64,000 bases of DNA from Hypanus sabinus (lineage: Eukaryota). The position numbers and the translations under genes are program-made. Under the pieces are notes generated by a model. That model was not told the origin of the DNA. It did no database searches and saw nothing but the letters and a program-made list of their open reading frames with translations. The stretch is taken from the NCBI RefSeq assembly GCF_030144855.1, contig NC_082718.1, positions 31,248,001 to 31,312,000 on the forward strand, written 5' to 3'. Shown in pieces: positions 26,401 through 41,400 of the stretch (within the stretch, counting starts at the first letter, position 1; the number at the start of each line of letters is the position of its first letter).

Positions 26401-29400
26401 ACCCCTCGGCCTCCTTCGCTCTAATCACTGCCCATAATTAAAACGTCCAAACCCAGCCACATCCTGGTGAATGTCTCTGCACTCTCTCCATCACGACCAC
26501 ATTGTTTAGTGAGGTGACAAGTGCTGCACACACAATATTACATGATCAAGCATAACCTCCCAACTTTTACATTCTAGGCCCTGACCTATCAAAGTGACAA
26601 AAGTCACTGACCTTTCATAAATGTTCATCATTAATCATAGATTTTCTAGTTCTAAGGTTAAGGCAGCATAATGGCTAATATAATGCCTTACAGTACCAGC
26701 AACCCAATTTTAAACATGTCACTGTCTGTAAAGAATTTGCACTCTCTCCCAGTGCCTGCAAGATTTCCTTGGGGTGCTCCAGTTTCCTTTAACATTCCAA
26801 AGACGTTAGTGTTAGTAAGTTGTGAGCATGTTATGTTGCATGGCAACGCTTGCTGGCTGCCCCCAGAACATTCTTGAACTGTGTTGGTTATTGACACAAA
26901 TCATACATTTCTCTCTATGTTTCGATGTACATGTGACAAATAAAGCTACTCTTTCTTACGGCTCTGAATACACAAGGGGCTTGCAATGGGAAATTAGACT
27001 TTAGTACCTTAGCGAGGATGTCTCGGGCTGAGCACTCCGCTATGAGAGCCTCCTCCTCCAATGCAACGCTCTCCTTCCCCGACAGCAAGGCTGCCTCAGT
27101 TGCAGCACCAACTGCAATCACTTCATCGGGAGGGATGGAGTTCAGTAGATCGGCGTCTCGGAACAAGTCCTGAATCATCTGCTGCAGTTTTGGAATGCGG
27201 GCCGAGCCCCCACAGAGCACAACCTATAGAAAAACAAAACACATTTGAGAAAACACAATGAGAAAAACATGGATTTTGCTTTACAGAATAGCTTAGAATA
27301 ATCTATTATTCAGCTGGATTTAAGGAGCTCTGACTTTTTAAAATATATATCATTTATTTTGAGATACAGCACGATAACAAGCCCCTCCTGCCCAATAAGC
27401 CACACCACCCAATTTTACCCATGGAACCAATTAACTTACTATATCCATAACTAAAGGGCCAAACTGAATCTTCAAGTTTAATTGTGATTAAACTATACAC
27501 ATGAATTCAGCCAAACAAAACAACATTTCTCTGGTCCAAGATGTAAAACACAATATCTATAGTCACACACAGCACATATAGCAGATATAATTATGATAGC
27601 AGAAAAACAAGGTTACAGAAGTAATGATAATTTCAAAAATTTTTGTAATTATATGTTTTTTCTGCTATCATAATTTGCAACAATCCTGAAGAAGGGTCTT
27701 GGCCCAAAACATCAACTGTTTGCTCATTTCCATAGATGCTGCCTTGCCTGATCTCCTCCAGCATTTTGTATACGTAGCTCTGGATTTCCAGCATTTGCAA
27801 AATCTCTATGTAATTTGTAACTGTATGTTTTTCTCCTATCCATTTTGGAAAGTGGGAGGAAACCCACGTGGCAAATGTACAAACTCCTTACAGACAGTAG
27901 CAAGAATTGAACTCCAATCACTGACGTTGTAATAGCATTACACTAATCAGGACTGTGGCACCCCATAACTGGAAGACCAAACTGAAACTTAGAGGCAAAT
28001 GCCTGATTCTATCCTGACTCTGCCAAACAAGATTGGAAATAATTGTCAGGCGACACAGCAGCGTAGCAGTTAACATGATGGTATTACAACTTGGACCACT
28101 GGGGTTTGGAGTTCAATTCCAACACTCTCTGTAAGGAGTTTGTACATTTTTCCTAGTGACTGTGAGAGCTTACTCCAGGTACTTCAGTTTCCTCCCACAT
28201 TCCAAAGATGTACCGGTTGATTGGTCATTGTAAATTGTCCTGCGATTAGCCCAGGGTTAAATTGGGGGTAGCTGGGTGACGAGGCTCAAAGGGCCCATTC
28301 CACACTGTACCCTTAAATAAGTAAATTACATTTGCCTTCAAAGTATCAACATGAAACAAAGCAAACCTATAAAGGTCTAACCTCCACACAAGGAAATGCA
28401 GCGTGAAAACACTAACATTCAAAGTTTGTATTAATTTCTGAGAGGTGGTCATTTATTAGATCATCCCAGAAGGACCTCTCTGCAATCTAAGCAAATGCTT
28501 ACAGGCAGTCCCCGGGTTCTGTTCCTCAGTCCGATTTGTACATAAGTCAGAACAGGTACATCCAGTATTATTTAGCGTCAATTAGTCAAATGTTTGTTTT
28601 AATATATAGTATATATTTCACCTTTCTATGCATATAAAAAACTTAAGAAATTTATGTATTTCAATAATTAAACCACTGTGTTGCTTAGTAGTAATTGTAA
28701 CTTTTATCAGGGCGGGGCCTTTCACATGCTCCATTATTCTCACTTTATACTTTAAAATTGTTCCGATTGTTAACCAACTGTAGCCTAATACTTTTCCAAT
28801 GACCGAAGATGTTTCACCTCTTTCCGATCGCTTTATTATTTCCACTTTATTTTGAATCGTGATCGTTTTCTGTCAACAGAACAGCAGCCACGGGCGGCAG
28901 GTCCTGAGCTGAGCTCTCCCGGGTCCTAAAGTCCACCCACACTGAACCAGATTAAGTGGGACAAATGAGGGCGGTGCTGACTGGAAAAGGGGGGGGTCGG
29001 GGTGAATCTTGCTAAGAAAAATTTAAGCCAAATACAAAGTTACACATTCAACACAGTGTTAACGGCAGTGTGATCTGACTTAAAATGGTGGACGGTGTTC
29101 TCCTTCCTTCAGTCAATGTATTTTTAATATAATAGGCTTTATGGCAGGCCGCTCGTAAGTATGAGTTGTTCGTAAGTCGGACATTCATAATTCGGGGACT
29201 GCCTGTATTCAGGTATTTCTCAATCATGTGGCGACCCATTTCCTGGCACATCCGAACCGGCTCACAATTAGATAACCTACGGGGGTTTGCAAGCACAGAG
29301 CTTTGGAGCCTCTGCGCCACGGGGGGCAGGTTGAGGGAGGCTTAAAAGTGAGGCTGAGGATTTCGAATAAAGTTTTTTCCTTCGACTGCAGTTACCGACT

Positions 29401-32400
29401 CCGTGTCGTAATTTTAGTGCTGCGTGTAGCACACCGCTACAATCATACCCTTTCAAATGTTGAGTTCCAGAGGCCCGGGATTTGGAGCTTGTTGATTAGA
29501 ACTGAAGGTATGATTGTGTCGAACACTGAGGTGTAATCAATAAACAGCAGCCTGATGTAGGTATTGCTATAGTTTGGGTGTTTGAAGGCTGAGTGGAAAG
29601 CCAGTGAGATTGCATTCGCTGTAGACCTATTGAGGTGATAGGCAAATTGCAATGGGTTCAGGACCTTGCTTAGGCTGAAGTTGACTCTAACTATGATCAA
29701 CCTCTCAAAGCATTTAATCACAGTAGTTGTGAGTGCCACTGGGTGACAGTCATTGAAGCAGCTCACCCTGCTCTTCTTGGGCATTGGTACAATTGTCACT
29801 CTGTTCTAACAAATGGGACCTTGCAACCGCAGCTACGAGAGATTGAAGATGTCTTTCAAACACTCCTACCAGTTGGGTGGCACAGGTTTTCAGAGCCCTA
29901 CGGGACACGTCAGGGCCTGCCACTTTGCAAGGGTTCACCCTCTTAAAAGATGTTCTGACATCATCTGTGACAGAGATCACAGGGTCACCATATGCTGCAG
30001 GAATTCACACAAGCGTGCATCAAAGGCATTGGAGCTCATCTGGGAATGGAGTGTCACAGCTATTCATGGAGGTACGTTTAGCTTTGTATGAAGTAATGGC
30101 CTGCAAGCCCTGCTAGAACTGACGTGTAACAATTCTGTCTCTCATCTCAATTGGAATTGATTTTTTTTTGCACTTAAAATAGCCTTCTACAGGTTGTATC
30201 TGGACTTCATGTATAGTTCTGGATCATCTGTCTTGAATGCATTCAAAACCAGTGATCCAGAACTGTACAAGTTATCTAGGTATGACCTGTGGAAGGTTAC
30301 TTTAAGAGCTGGCCCTCAGCAGACAAAGAATCTCCTGATTTATAAACAGCTTTTGGTTTGGGTATGTCCGGTATGTTCTTGAAAGCACACACTTGTCCAC
30401 ACAGGTTTTGATGAAGTTGATGACAACTGTAGTGTATTCATTCAGATTCAAAGATGAATCCCTGAATATTGTCCCATCCACCAACTCAAATTAGTCCTGT
30501 AAGCACTCTGCCGCCTCCCTTGATCATACCTTCTTGGTCCTCACCATCGGCGCTGCAGTTTTAGTCTCTGGCTAAATGTTGGGAGTAGAAGGACCGCCAG
30601 GTGATTGGACATTCCAAAGCGTGGGCATGGGATGGCATCGTGATTGTTCTTAATGGTGGTGTAACAGTGGTCATGTGTGTCAGCTCCTGATTCCACAGGC
30701 ATGAGACACTTGTTCAAGCTGGCCTGGTTGAAATCCGCCACAATGATAAGGAGGGCATCAGGGCATGCAGTTTCGTGCCTGCTCATCACTCTGCTCAGCA
30801 TCTCCAGTGCCTTCTGAATGTTAGCCTGAGATGCAATGTACACTGTTACCAGGATTATGGTGGAATACTCCCTTGGCAGATAAAAGCACAACATCTTACT
30901 GCTAGATGTTCCAATCGATTAAGTAGGACTGAGACTGAACCACCATGTCTGTGCACCACGACGAGTTAATCATACAGCATACTCCACCTCTAAAAGCTGT
31001 CCTGTCTTGGTGGGGAATGGTGAAGGCATCAAACTACAATGGCGTTCAAAATGGCAGGGGACAGCTATGTTTCCGTGAAGCTAAATATACAACAGTCCCT
31101 GATGCGTCTCTGGAATCTGCCTTACATATACTCAATTACTTGGCCTCCACAGATTAACCACCTTCTGGCAAAGAAATCCCTCATTTTTGTTCTACATAGA
31201 CATCCCTCTAATCCGAGGCTATGCCCTCTGTTCCTAACTCACCTAGTATAGGCACCATCTTCTCCACATTCACTCTATCTAGGCCTTTCAATATTCAATA
31301 GGTTTCAATGCAATCCCCTCTCATGCTTCTAAACTCCAGCAAGTACAGTCCCAGAGCAATCTTGTGGGGTATCACAGCCAACAAACTGCAACTAGAGGGC
31401 ATAGGTAAAAGGGGAAAGAACAGGGTGGTGAGTATATGGAATGGGCTGCCAGAGGGAATGGCCGAGGTCGGTACAATAGTTTCGTTTAAGAAGAACTTAG
31501 ACAGGTACGTGGAGGAGCGAGGCTTGGAAAGATACGGGCTGAATGCAGGAAATTGGGACTAGCTGGGTGGGCACTGTGGACAAGTAGTGCTGAAGGACCT
31601 GTGTCTGTGCTGTATTCTTCTCTAACTCTGTGACTAATCACAGCAACGTTGAAGGGTAGAGAGAATGTTTATTCTGGTGAATGAGATTCCAATTGGGTGT
31701 GCAGCTTTGTTCTGGATGTGCTGGGCAAGTACAGAGTATTCCACAGCGCTTCGGACAGGGTGTCCCAAAGTGAACCGTTCACATCAGGAAGCCCAGCATC
31801 TGAACCACTCTGAAGAGTGATTCACATTCAGATTTACATAATACATCAAAACATACAGTGAGATTCACCATTTGTGTTAACAAACACAATATATCATCTC
31901 TAATATATTTATATCATAATAACTGACTCAAAGCAATTGACCCTTTTCAACCGTTCAAGCTGAAGAAATTAACTGTTGCACATGAAACTTCCTAATTTCA
32001 CCAGAAATACTGTTTGCTCCAGTCTTGCATTTGACCTACATAAAGGCAGAGGTTAAGCAAAAAATTTACAACTACCATGGATATTTCTCCATAACTTATA
32101 AAAAGGCCTCATGTATGCATAGAGGAATCCTGGTTTCAAAAGTAAGCTAGCTGGCATATTGGGTCAATTCCTTTTCAAAATGCTGAAATACCTTCCCTTC
32201 AATGACAAGACCATACACTAATTTGGAAAAATGTTTCCATGCAGTGGAGTTAGGAAGCACAGATACATCATGTGCTGTTAAAACTCATCAGGAGAAGAAA
32301 TTCTTTAAAATTTTATCCACCATCACAGTAGGAATACAGCAAACAGCAAGAACCAAGCAGGAACAATTTATTCATTGCAAGTCATTTTACCTTGCAAGTG

Positions 32401-35400
32401 CTTTATTTTACCAAAGGGCATTAAGTTGGGTGTGCATGTCACTTGTCTGTGTTAACAAGCAGCAAAATGACACATTCAAACAATTTCTTAAAAAACCTTA
32501 AATGTTTAAATCTTGGCTCAAGAATTTAGCTTTGTTTAATGAAATAACCACGGTGTTATTTTCCGGTAAAGGAGGAGAAGGCAGGAGAATGGGATTGAGG
32601 GGAACAATCAGCCATGATAGAATGGTGAAGCAGATCTAAATCTTAAGGGACATACCCTCTTCTTGTTACCACCATCAGGGATGAGGAACAGAATTTAAAA
32701 GACCAAGACTCAACGATTTAGGAACAGGTTCTTCCACCCCAGCCTCAGATGCCTGAACAGTCCAACAACTGTTCAGAAACCAATAGTAATGCTGCAGGTG
32801 CCATGGTAGCATAGCGGTTAGCTCGCTATTACAGCTCGGGCATTCCAGAGTTTGGAGTTCAATTCCGGCACTGTTCTGTAAGGTGTGACTATACGCCCTC
32901 CCTGTGGAATGCATGGGTTTTCTCTGGGACCTCTGGTTTCCTCCTTCATTCAGAAGACATAACTAGTAGGTTAACTGGTCATTGTAAATTGTCCCATGAT
33001 TAGATTAGGGTTAATTGAGGTTGTGGGGTTGCTGAGGAGGCATGGTTCATAGGGCCATGAGGGCTTACTTCACACTATAATCACTAGATAAAATTTAAAA
33101 TAAACAGATGAACACTATTTTGTCCTTCCGTTTCTGCACTAAATTTATTTCTGTTTGTATAGTAATTTTATATCTTTGCCCTATACTGTTGCCTCAAAAC
33201 AACAAATTTCATATCATACTATTTAGTAATAATAAACTTGATTTTGACAAAGAACATTAATCTCTAAATTTCTATTTTAATTACCATACCGAATAAGATG
33301 ACTGTCACAGACAATTGCCAACTTTAATCCAAACTTTCAAATTTAAGTATGTATTTACAAACCTTAGAAATATCACTTTGAGAAAGCCCTGCTTCTTCTA
33401 CGAGCTTCTCGATAGGTTGTATACTTTGGCTAAACAGTGTAGCACACAGAGATTCAAATCGTGCCCTAGAAGTAAATTGCATACTTTAATACAAAGGCAG
33501 TCTATTATACAAAATAGATACCAGATTCAGCAGTGTAGAGCAGTCTTGTGGAACAGATATGAACACAGGCACTCCAGGAAAAGCGCTGTGAAGGACATTA
33601 CAGAAATTAAAACCAATTTTTTTTAAAACAAAAAATGTGTTCTCTCCTTCCCACCACCTCCAAATGGGAGACTGCTTTTAGGATACTGCCAAAGAACCAG
33701 CAAACTTCAGGCTTTAAAGAAAAATGTACGTAGAACACTGAACACAACATCACAGTACAGGCCCTTCTGCCCACAACGTAATGCCGATCTTCAACCTACT
33801 CTAAGAGCAATTTCTCCCCAAATAGCCCTTCATTTTTCTATAATTTACGTGCCTATCTACGAGTTTTTTTAAAACGCCCCTAATGTATTTGCCTCTACCA
33901 CTACCCCAGGCAGTCGGTTCCATGCATCCACCACTGTGTAGGAAAACATGCCTCTGCCATCCACTCTATACTTCCCTCCAATAACCTTAAAATTATGTCC
34001 CCCTCCCTTGTACTCGCCATTTCCACCCTGATAAAAAGTCTCTGGCTATCCACTCAATCAATGCATCTTGTACATCTATCAAGTCACCTACCATCCTCCT
34101 TCACCCCAAAGGAAAAAACTCAAGCTTGCTCAACCTATCCTCATAAGACATGCTTCTAATTCAGACAGCATCCTGATAAACCTCCTCTGCACCCTCTCTG
34201 AAGCTTCCACATCCTTCATATAATGTGAACAATACTGAACTGATTCCACTTTCAAGGGCTCTACAACCCATGTTCTCAATATCATCTATTATTTATTATT
34301 TTGTATTTGCAGTTTGTCATCTTTTCCATATTGGTTGTTTACCAGTCTTTGTTCGTGTGCAAGTTTTTCATTGATTCTATTATGTTTCTTCGTATCTACT
34401 GTGAATACCCACAAGAAAATGAATCTCAGGGTAGTATATAGTGACATACGTGTACTTCAATAATAAATTTACTATGAACTTTGACCAGAACTAAACACAA
34501 TATTCCGTGGTCTAACCAGGGTTTTATAGAGCTGCAACATTACCTTAAGGATCTTGAATTCCATCCCACGACTAATAATGGCCAACGTATTATATTATTA
34601 TATTTTCGTATTCAATATAAAACAACCTAGCACAGGAAGTGGGCAGTTAGCCCAGTAAACTGTGACCGTTAGCTGTAGGATGAAAACTTAATTCAGAGAT
34701 GGAAATACCCAACAGCTCTCACACCAAGGTCCAATATCACATCTTGTGGTGTATCTCAATAAACAGCAACTTTACAGTTTTCTCTCTCCACAGATCCTTT
34801 TTTCCAGTACGTCATAAACACAAGGGATTCTGCAGATTAGCATACACTCCTGATTTGCTGAGTTCCTCCAGCATTTTGTGTGTGTTACTCTGGATTTTCA
34901 GCATCTGTAGAATCTGTTGTGTTTATGAGTTACTACTCCATTGTGAACTCTCTTCGAGGTATACCTACAATAGTTCAAATCTTTTCTTCAACAGTTTAGT
35001 GAGGCCCTCTCTTACTGCACTCCCTCTGATCGCCCTGTGACTCTTCGACCATCTTCTCACCCAGACTCCCCATCTACCCACATCCCCTCTCACCCATCAT
35101 CTGTCAGCTTGTACTCCTCCCCTACCCCCCCTCTTTTTATCCTGGCTTCTTCCCCCCTTCCTTTCCAGTCCTCGTGAACAGTTACGACTGTTTATTCCCC
35201 TTCATAGATGCTCCTGGCCTGACGAGTTCCTCCAGCATTTTCTGATTTCCAGTGTTCTCTTTACTTTTGGATTTCCAGCAACTACTATTTCTGGTTCTCA
35301 CAATTCAAACAAGTTTTTTTTTAATCTCTAGGGCTCTCATTCACCCAATAACTAAAAAGCTCTGAAAGCTCAGCGTCACCCGGACAGATTTAGACTCTAC

Positions 35401-38400
35401 CCTTTTATAGACTTCTTCTACAAAAAAGAGTGGATATGGCCAGTCCATCACCAGTAAGACCCTCCCCACAACTGAGCACATCTAAATGGAGCACTGTCGC
35501 GGGAAAGCAGGATCAATCTTCAAGGACCCCCACCACCCAGATCATGCTCTCTTCTCGCTGTTGTCATCAGGAGGACGATACAGGAGTCTCAGGAACTACA
35601 CCACCGCAGGTTCAGGGACAGTTATTACCCCTCAACCATCTGGCTCTTGAACGAAGGCGATTAACTTCACTTGCCCCATCACTGAGTTCTTCCCACAACC
35701 TATGCACTCACTTTCAAAATTCTTCATCTCATGTTCACAATATTTATTGCTTGCTTATTTATTATTTCTTTCTGTATTGTGAATGCCCACAAGAAAATGA
35801 ATCTCAAGGTGGCATATGGTGACATGTATGTACTTTGATAATAAATTTACTTTCTTCCCCCCAAATATGTCCTTGTTCTACATTTAAAGCACACCTGTTT
35901 TATCATGTTTGTTGCTAAGATGAGAGGACTTTGAGATGTTAACTCTGTTTCTCACATCACGGATCCTCACTGACCACTGAGTACTCCCCGCATTTCCCAT
36001 TTTTACATTTGTACACATACCTGGATACAGCACATTCAAAGTCCAAACCTTCATGAAGTGAATCTACAAAACAGTTTGCACTTCCCAAAGTTGACAAGGC
36101 ATGCTTAGCAACTTCAGCACTATTTATAAGCTTCATCATGGCTCTTGGACTTTCCTTTATATTCTGTTTAAATAACCTATTGAAAAAGAGAGTTCCGGAA
36201 ACAGGATTAGATTTATTATCACTGACATTATGTCAAGAAATGTATTGTTTTGCAGCAGCAGTACAATGCAATACATAATATATTCTTTCATTATGTGCCA
36301 TGTCATACAATGTAGGTGATCTTGGTCTTTAAATGACCATGATTATTCTTGGGAAATTTTTCTACTGAAGTTGTTTGCCATTCCCTTCTTCTAGGCAGTA
36401 TCTTTACAAGATGGGTGACCCCAGCCATTATCAATATTCTTCAGAGATTGTCTGCCTGGCGTCAGTGGTCTCATAACCAGGACTTGTGATATGCACCGAC
36501 TGCTCATATAACCATCCACCGCCTGCTCCCATGGCTTCATGTGACCCTGATTTGGGGCAGGGGCTAAACAGATGCTACACCTTGCCCTAGGGTGACCCGC
36601 AGGCTAGCAGAGAGAAGGAGCACCTAACACTCCCACCCCACCACTCTAAAATATAGTATAAGTTTTAATAAAAAATATTTTTACTTACTTAGAAATAGAG
36701 CATGGAATAGGCCCTTCTGGCCCAATGAGCCACACCACCCAGCAATCTACCTATTTAACCCTAGCCTAATCACAGGACAATTTACAATGACCAATTAACC
36801 TACTAACCAGTACATCCTTGGACCATGGCAGAAAACTGAAGCACCCGGAGGAAACCCATCAATTCACAGGGAGAATGTACAGACTCCTTCCAGACCACAT
36901 TGGGATTATAAATAAAAGATAAATAAGTACTTCAGAAAGAGAAAAAAAATAGTGAGGTAGTGTTCATGGGTTCATTGTTCATTCAGAAATCTCATGGCGG
37001 AGGGCAGATGATGTTCCTAAGCTGCCGAGTGTATGTTTATTTTAAGATCCGGCAGAAATGTTGAGAGTATTGCCAAACTGCAGAGAGTTGTGCACACGGC
37101 TCAGCACATCACAGGAGCCAGTCTCCCCTCTGTCTACACTTCTCACTGCCTCAGAAAAGCAGCCAGCATAGACCCCCATCCAAACCAGACATTCTTTTTC
37201 CTCGCCCTTTTCATCGAACAGAAGATACAAAAGCCTGAAAGCAGGTACAAGCTCTACGACAGCTCATCCCTGTTATCAGACTCTTGTTTGATAAGATGGA
37301 TTCTTGGCCTTACAATCTACTTTGTTATAACTGTGCACTTTATTTGCAATGCACCTTTTCAGCAGTTTTTACACTTTATTCTTCATTGTTATTGTTTTCC
37401 CTTATTCTACCTCAATGCACTGTGTGATAATACGATCTGCATGAACAGAAAACAAGTCAAGCTTTTCACTGTATCTTGGTACATCTGACAATAATAGACC
37501 AATAAACGTGTCCTGGAATGCTAAGTGCACCCTTACCTCTGAAATTCTGATGCTAGATACTGCGCCAAGGTTTCTGTGAAACATTCTCCTCCTATGCTGT
37601 CATCAGCATGAGAGGCAAGGACTCGGTACATGCCACTATTAACTTCTACTACTGTGATAGAGAGGGACGAACCTCCAAGCTTGTAAACAAGTACATTACT
37701 GTAAACAGAAAGGGAAAAAAACAACTTGAAACTTGAATAATAAAAATGTCAGGCTTCAAATATTTAACCACGAGCCAAAATCTGCAACTGGGATTGGGTT
37801 TATTACGTTCACTTCAGCTTATACTCAAGGCCCTCCGTTATTTAGGGTTGACCATGGATGTCATGTCCCAGCTGTCTACGTGATTTGCAAGCCAGGGCAG
37901 TACAATATGGACAGCAAGCTGTTGTCCATGTAGCAGGCTCCCTCCCTCTTCACCCAGTTGATGGACCCAAAGGAACTGCAGAGACCAATAGAGTTTGGCT
38001 CTAGCCGCTTCGGGTGTGCTAGGAGCAGCCAGCATGTTTAGCCCACATTCCAACGCCACCATAGCTTTTCAAGATTTCTATCATCCCTCACAATCATAAA
38101 CACTATTTGCAGATATTATAAAAAGTACCTCTTTCCCGATGGTGCATCCTGCCCAACTCCAAACGCAAGAAGTGCTGCTGCAGGTTCGTGAATCAGTCGC
38201 AGCACATTGAAACCAGCTGCCTGGGCTGCTTCCCTGCACAGCAAAATATTTCACACTAAGCAAACTCTAAACAAAAGCCTCAGAGGAGAAAATCCGTGAT
38301 CAAACAGGACGCGTGAGCAACAGTAATTTATCTGTGCCCCAGATGTTAAGTTCATGTTTGCACAGTTTGTCTTCTTTGCACGCCAGGTCACATGTCGAAG

Positions 38401-41400
38401 TTCAAAGTAAATTTTATTATCAAAGTACATATCTGTCACAATATATAACCCTGAGGTTCATTTTCCTGTGGGCATACTCAAATCTATAGAATAGTAACTA
38501 TAACTAGATCAATGAAAGATCAACAAGAGTGAAGACAATAAACTGTACAAAAGCAAATATAAATAAATCACAATAATTAACAAGAACATGAGAACATGGA
38601 ATAAAGAGTCCTTAAAGTGAAATCATTGGTTGTAGGAACATTTGAATGATGGAGCAAGTGAGTGTAGTTATTCCCTTTTGTTCAAGAGCCTGATGGTTGA
38701 GAGATAGTTGAGTGTAGTTTTCCATTAATTCTATTGTATTTCTTTGTTCTACTGAAAATGCCCTCAAGAAAATGAACCTCAGGTTAGTGTATGGTAAGAT
38801 ACATGTTCTTGGATAATAAATTTACTTTGAACTTTAATGGTAATAGTGTCATACCACTTGCACCATGGCAAAAAAAAATATTAAGGCAGCTTTTATGCAG
38901 AAGAATAAAAAAATTGAAAGTGAATAAAATATAAAAATGTCAGCCAGTAAAAAAAAAATGCTGAAAGTTTCACTGTAGGGTGATGGGATTGACTACTCAT
39001 AATAAGCTAGCTTTGAGAACTTCTCCTCAGCCTCACCTCAGTACGTTCTTCTGGTTCTTCTCAAAGTCCAGTGGGACAGTTATAACAACATTATTTACGT
39101 CCGACCCTAGTGCTGATTGCGCAGTTTCTGGAAACAGAAAAACAAATCAACACTCATCATCGTTACATACCATGTCATATGACGTGGGAAATCATGGTCT
39201 TTCCATGACCATGATTGTTCTTGGCAAATTTTTCCTCAGAAGTGGTTTGCCATTGCCTTCTTCTGGGCAGCGTCTCACAAGACAGATAACCCCAGCCATT
39301 ATCAATACTCCAGAGATTGTCTGCCTGGCGTCAGTGGTCACATAACCAGGACTTGTGATATGCACCAGCAGCTCATACGACTGTCCACCACCTGCTCTCA
39401 TGGCCTCACGTGACCATGATCGGGGGGCTAAGCAGATGCTACACCTTGCCCAAGGGTGACCTGCAGGCTAGTGGAGGGAAGGAACGCCTTACACCTCCTT
39501 TGGTAGAGACGTATCTCTATCCCAACACCCAAAATCAACATTAGCTAAAGTAAACCAGGTACACCTGAGGAATCTCACAGCTTTCACTCGGAACCATGAA
39601 CATAGTCACTGACTACACACTTTAACAGCAGTCTTAAATGAGGATATAAGCATAAATTTTTTAAAGATTAAGACTAGCTTTATTTGAGATGTGCAAATGG
39701 AAACACAGTGAAATGTGTCATTTGTGTCAACAAGCAACACAGTCTGAGGATGTGCTGGGGGCAGCCACATTATCAGCACCAACATAGCATGCCCAAAACT
39801 TGCTCATGCATACATCTTTGGAATTTGAGAAGAAACTGGAGGACCTGGAGGAAACCCATGCTGTCACAGGGAGAATGAACAAACTCCTTACAGACAACGG
39901 CGCGAATTGACCCCAGATCACTGTTACTGTAAGGTGTTAGGCTAACCACTATGCTACCACACCACCCCAGTGACTTAGTGTTCTCAAAGCAAATCCATAC
40001 ACATCTACTCTAAATTGGTAAATTTGCTTATTAGGGTCACATTGTACCAAAGTACAGTGAAATACCGTTTTGCATACCATCCATACAGATCATTTCATTA
40101 CAACAGTGCAGAGGTACTACAAAGGAAAATACCAACAACACAGAATAAAGTGTAACAGCTGCAGAGAAGGTAGACAATAAGATGCAAGGTCATAACGAGA
40201 TAGATTCTGATGTCAAGAGTCCATCTTATTGCACTAAGGGATAGTTCTATAGTCTTATTAACAGTGGGATAGAAGCTGTTCTTGAGCCTTGTTGTTCGGG
40301 TTTTCGGGCTTTTGTACCTTCTGCCTGATGGGAGAGGGGAAAAGACAGAAAGTCCGGGGTGGGTTGGGTCTTTGATTAGGCAAGCTGCTTTACTGAGGCA
40401 GTGAGAAGAATAGACAAGAATCCATGGAAGGGAGGCTGGTTCCTGCAATGTGGTGAGCCGGTAGTTTGCCTATTCGTGCAATATTTCTGCCAGATTTTAA
40501 TGGTGCAAGATGTAGAGAGACTCAATGAAACTTTCAGAAATTTATTGTAATGATAAATTAAAACTGTTAATGCAAGTGTTTCTGTGTTGAGAGTTAAAAT
40601 TACCTTTCATTTTTTCAAAAATCAGCTGCATAACCTCCTCTGGAGCGATGACCTTGAGCTGCTCTCCGGTATCAATTTCATATCTGGGTTTGCCATCCTT
40701 ATTGATCAGCTGTTTCAACATTTAAAACATTCATCTTAGTCCCAATCCTCAACAAATCAATTCTTAAGCTCAACCTCCCTGCTCATCTCTATACAGTGAT
40801 GTTAAAAATCAAAACATGCATCCTCATGCAGGATTCTCTAAAGGTTAACTTGTAGGTTGAGTCAGTGGTGAGGAAGGCAAATGCAACGTTAGCATTCATT
40901 TCGAGAGGACTAGAGTATAAAAGCAAGGATGTAATGCTGAGACTTTATAAGGCACTGGTGAAGCCTCACTGGTAAAGAGTATTATAAGCAATTTTGGGCC
41001 CCTTATCTTTTTTTTATCCAAGATGGTGGCACGACGCAGCTTGCAGTGGCCACTCCAGAACTGATTATCTGTTACTTGTGAAGTGGGGTGCCGTGCACAA
41101 TCATAATCGATTGAAAACGGACGTGGAAGCATGGAGAAACATCAGGAAATTCCAGGAAGACCTTCTTCATTGCTGCTGCTGTGAGGTCTGGGACTCTGCT
41201 GGGAAGAACAGGCCCCCAGTCCTCGGGGTCGCGTTGCCGATGGCCGTTGGTGGGGCCGTCTTAATACACTCGGCAGAGGATGGTGCTCGGAGAAGCTGTG
41301 CCGGAGGGGATGGTCGTCGGCTCGGAGGTTCGACGGACTCGGACTCCTTTCAACAGACTCAGGTCGTTTTCAGTGTGTACTGCGTCTGCGAGGCTGAGTT

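Larger units (their letters stand above)
36285..39530. repeat. two copies of one ~360-bp interspersed repeat family (36285-36645 and 39155-39530)
   Basis: Shared ...CCCAGCCATTATCAATA.TC..CAGAGATTGTCTGCCTGGCGTCAGTGGTC.CATAACCAGGACTTGTGATATGCACC...; family not identified. Confidence 0.8.
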
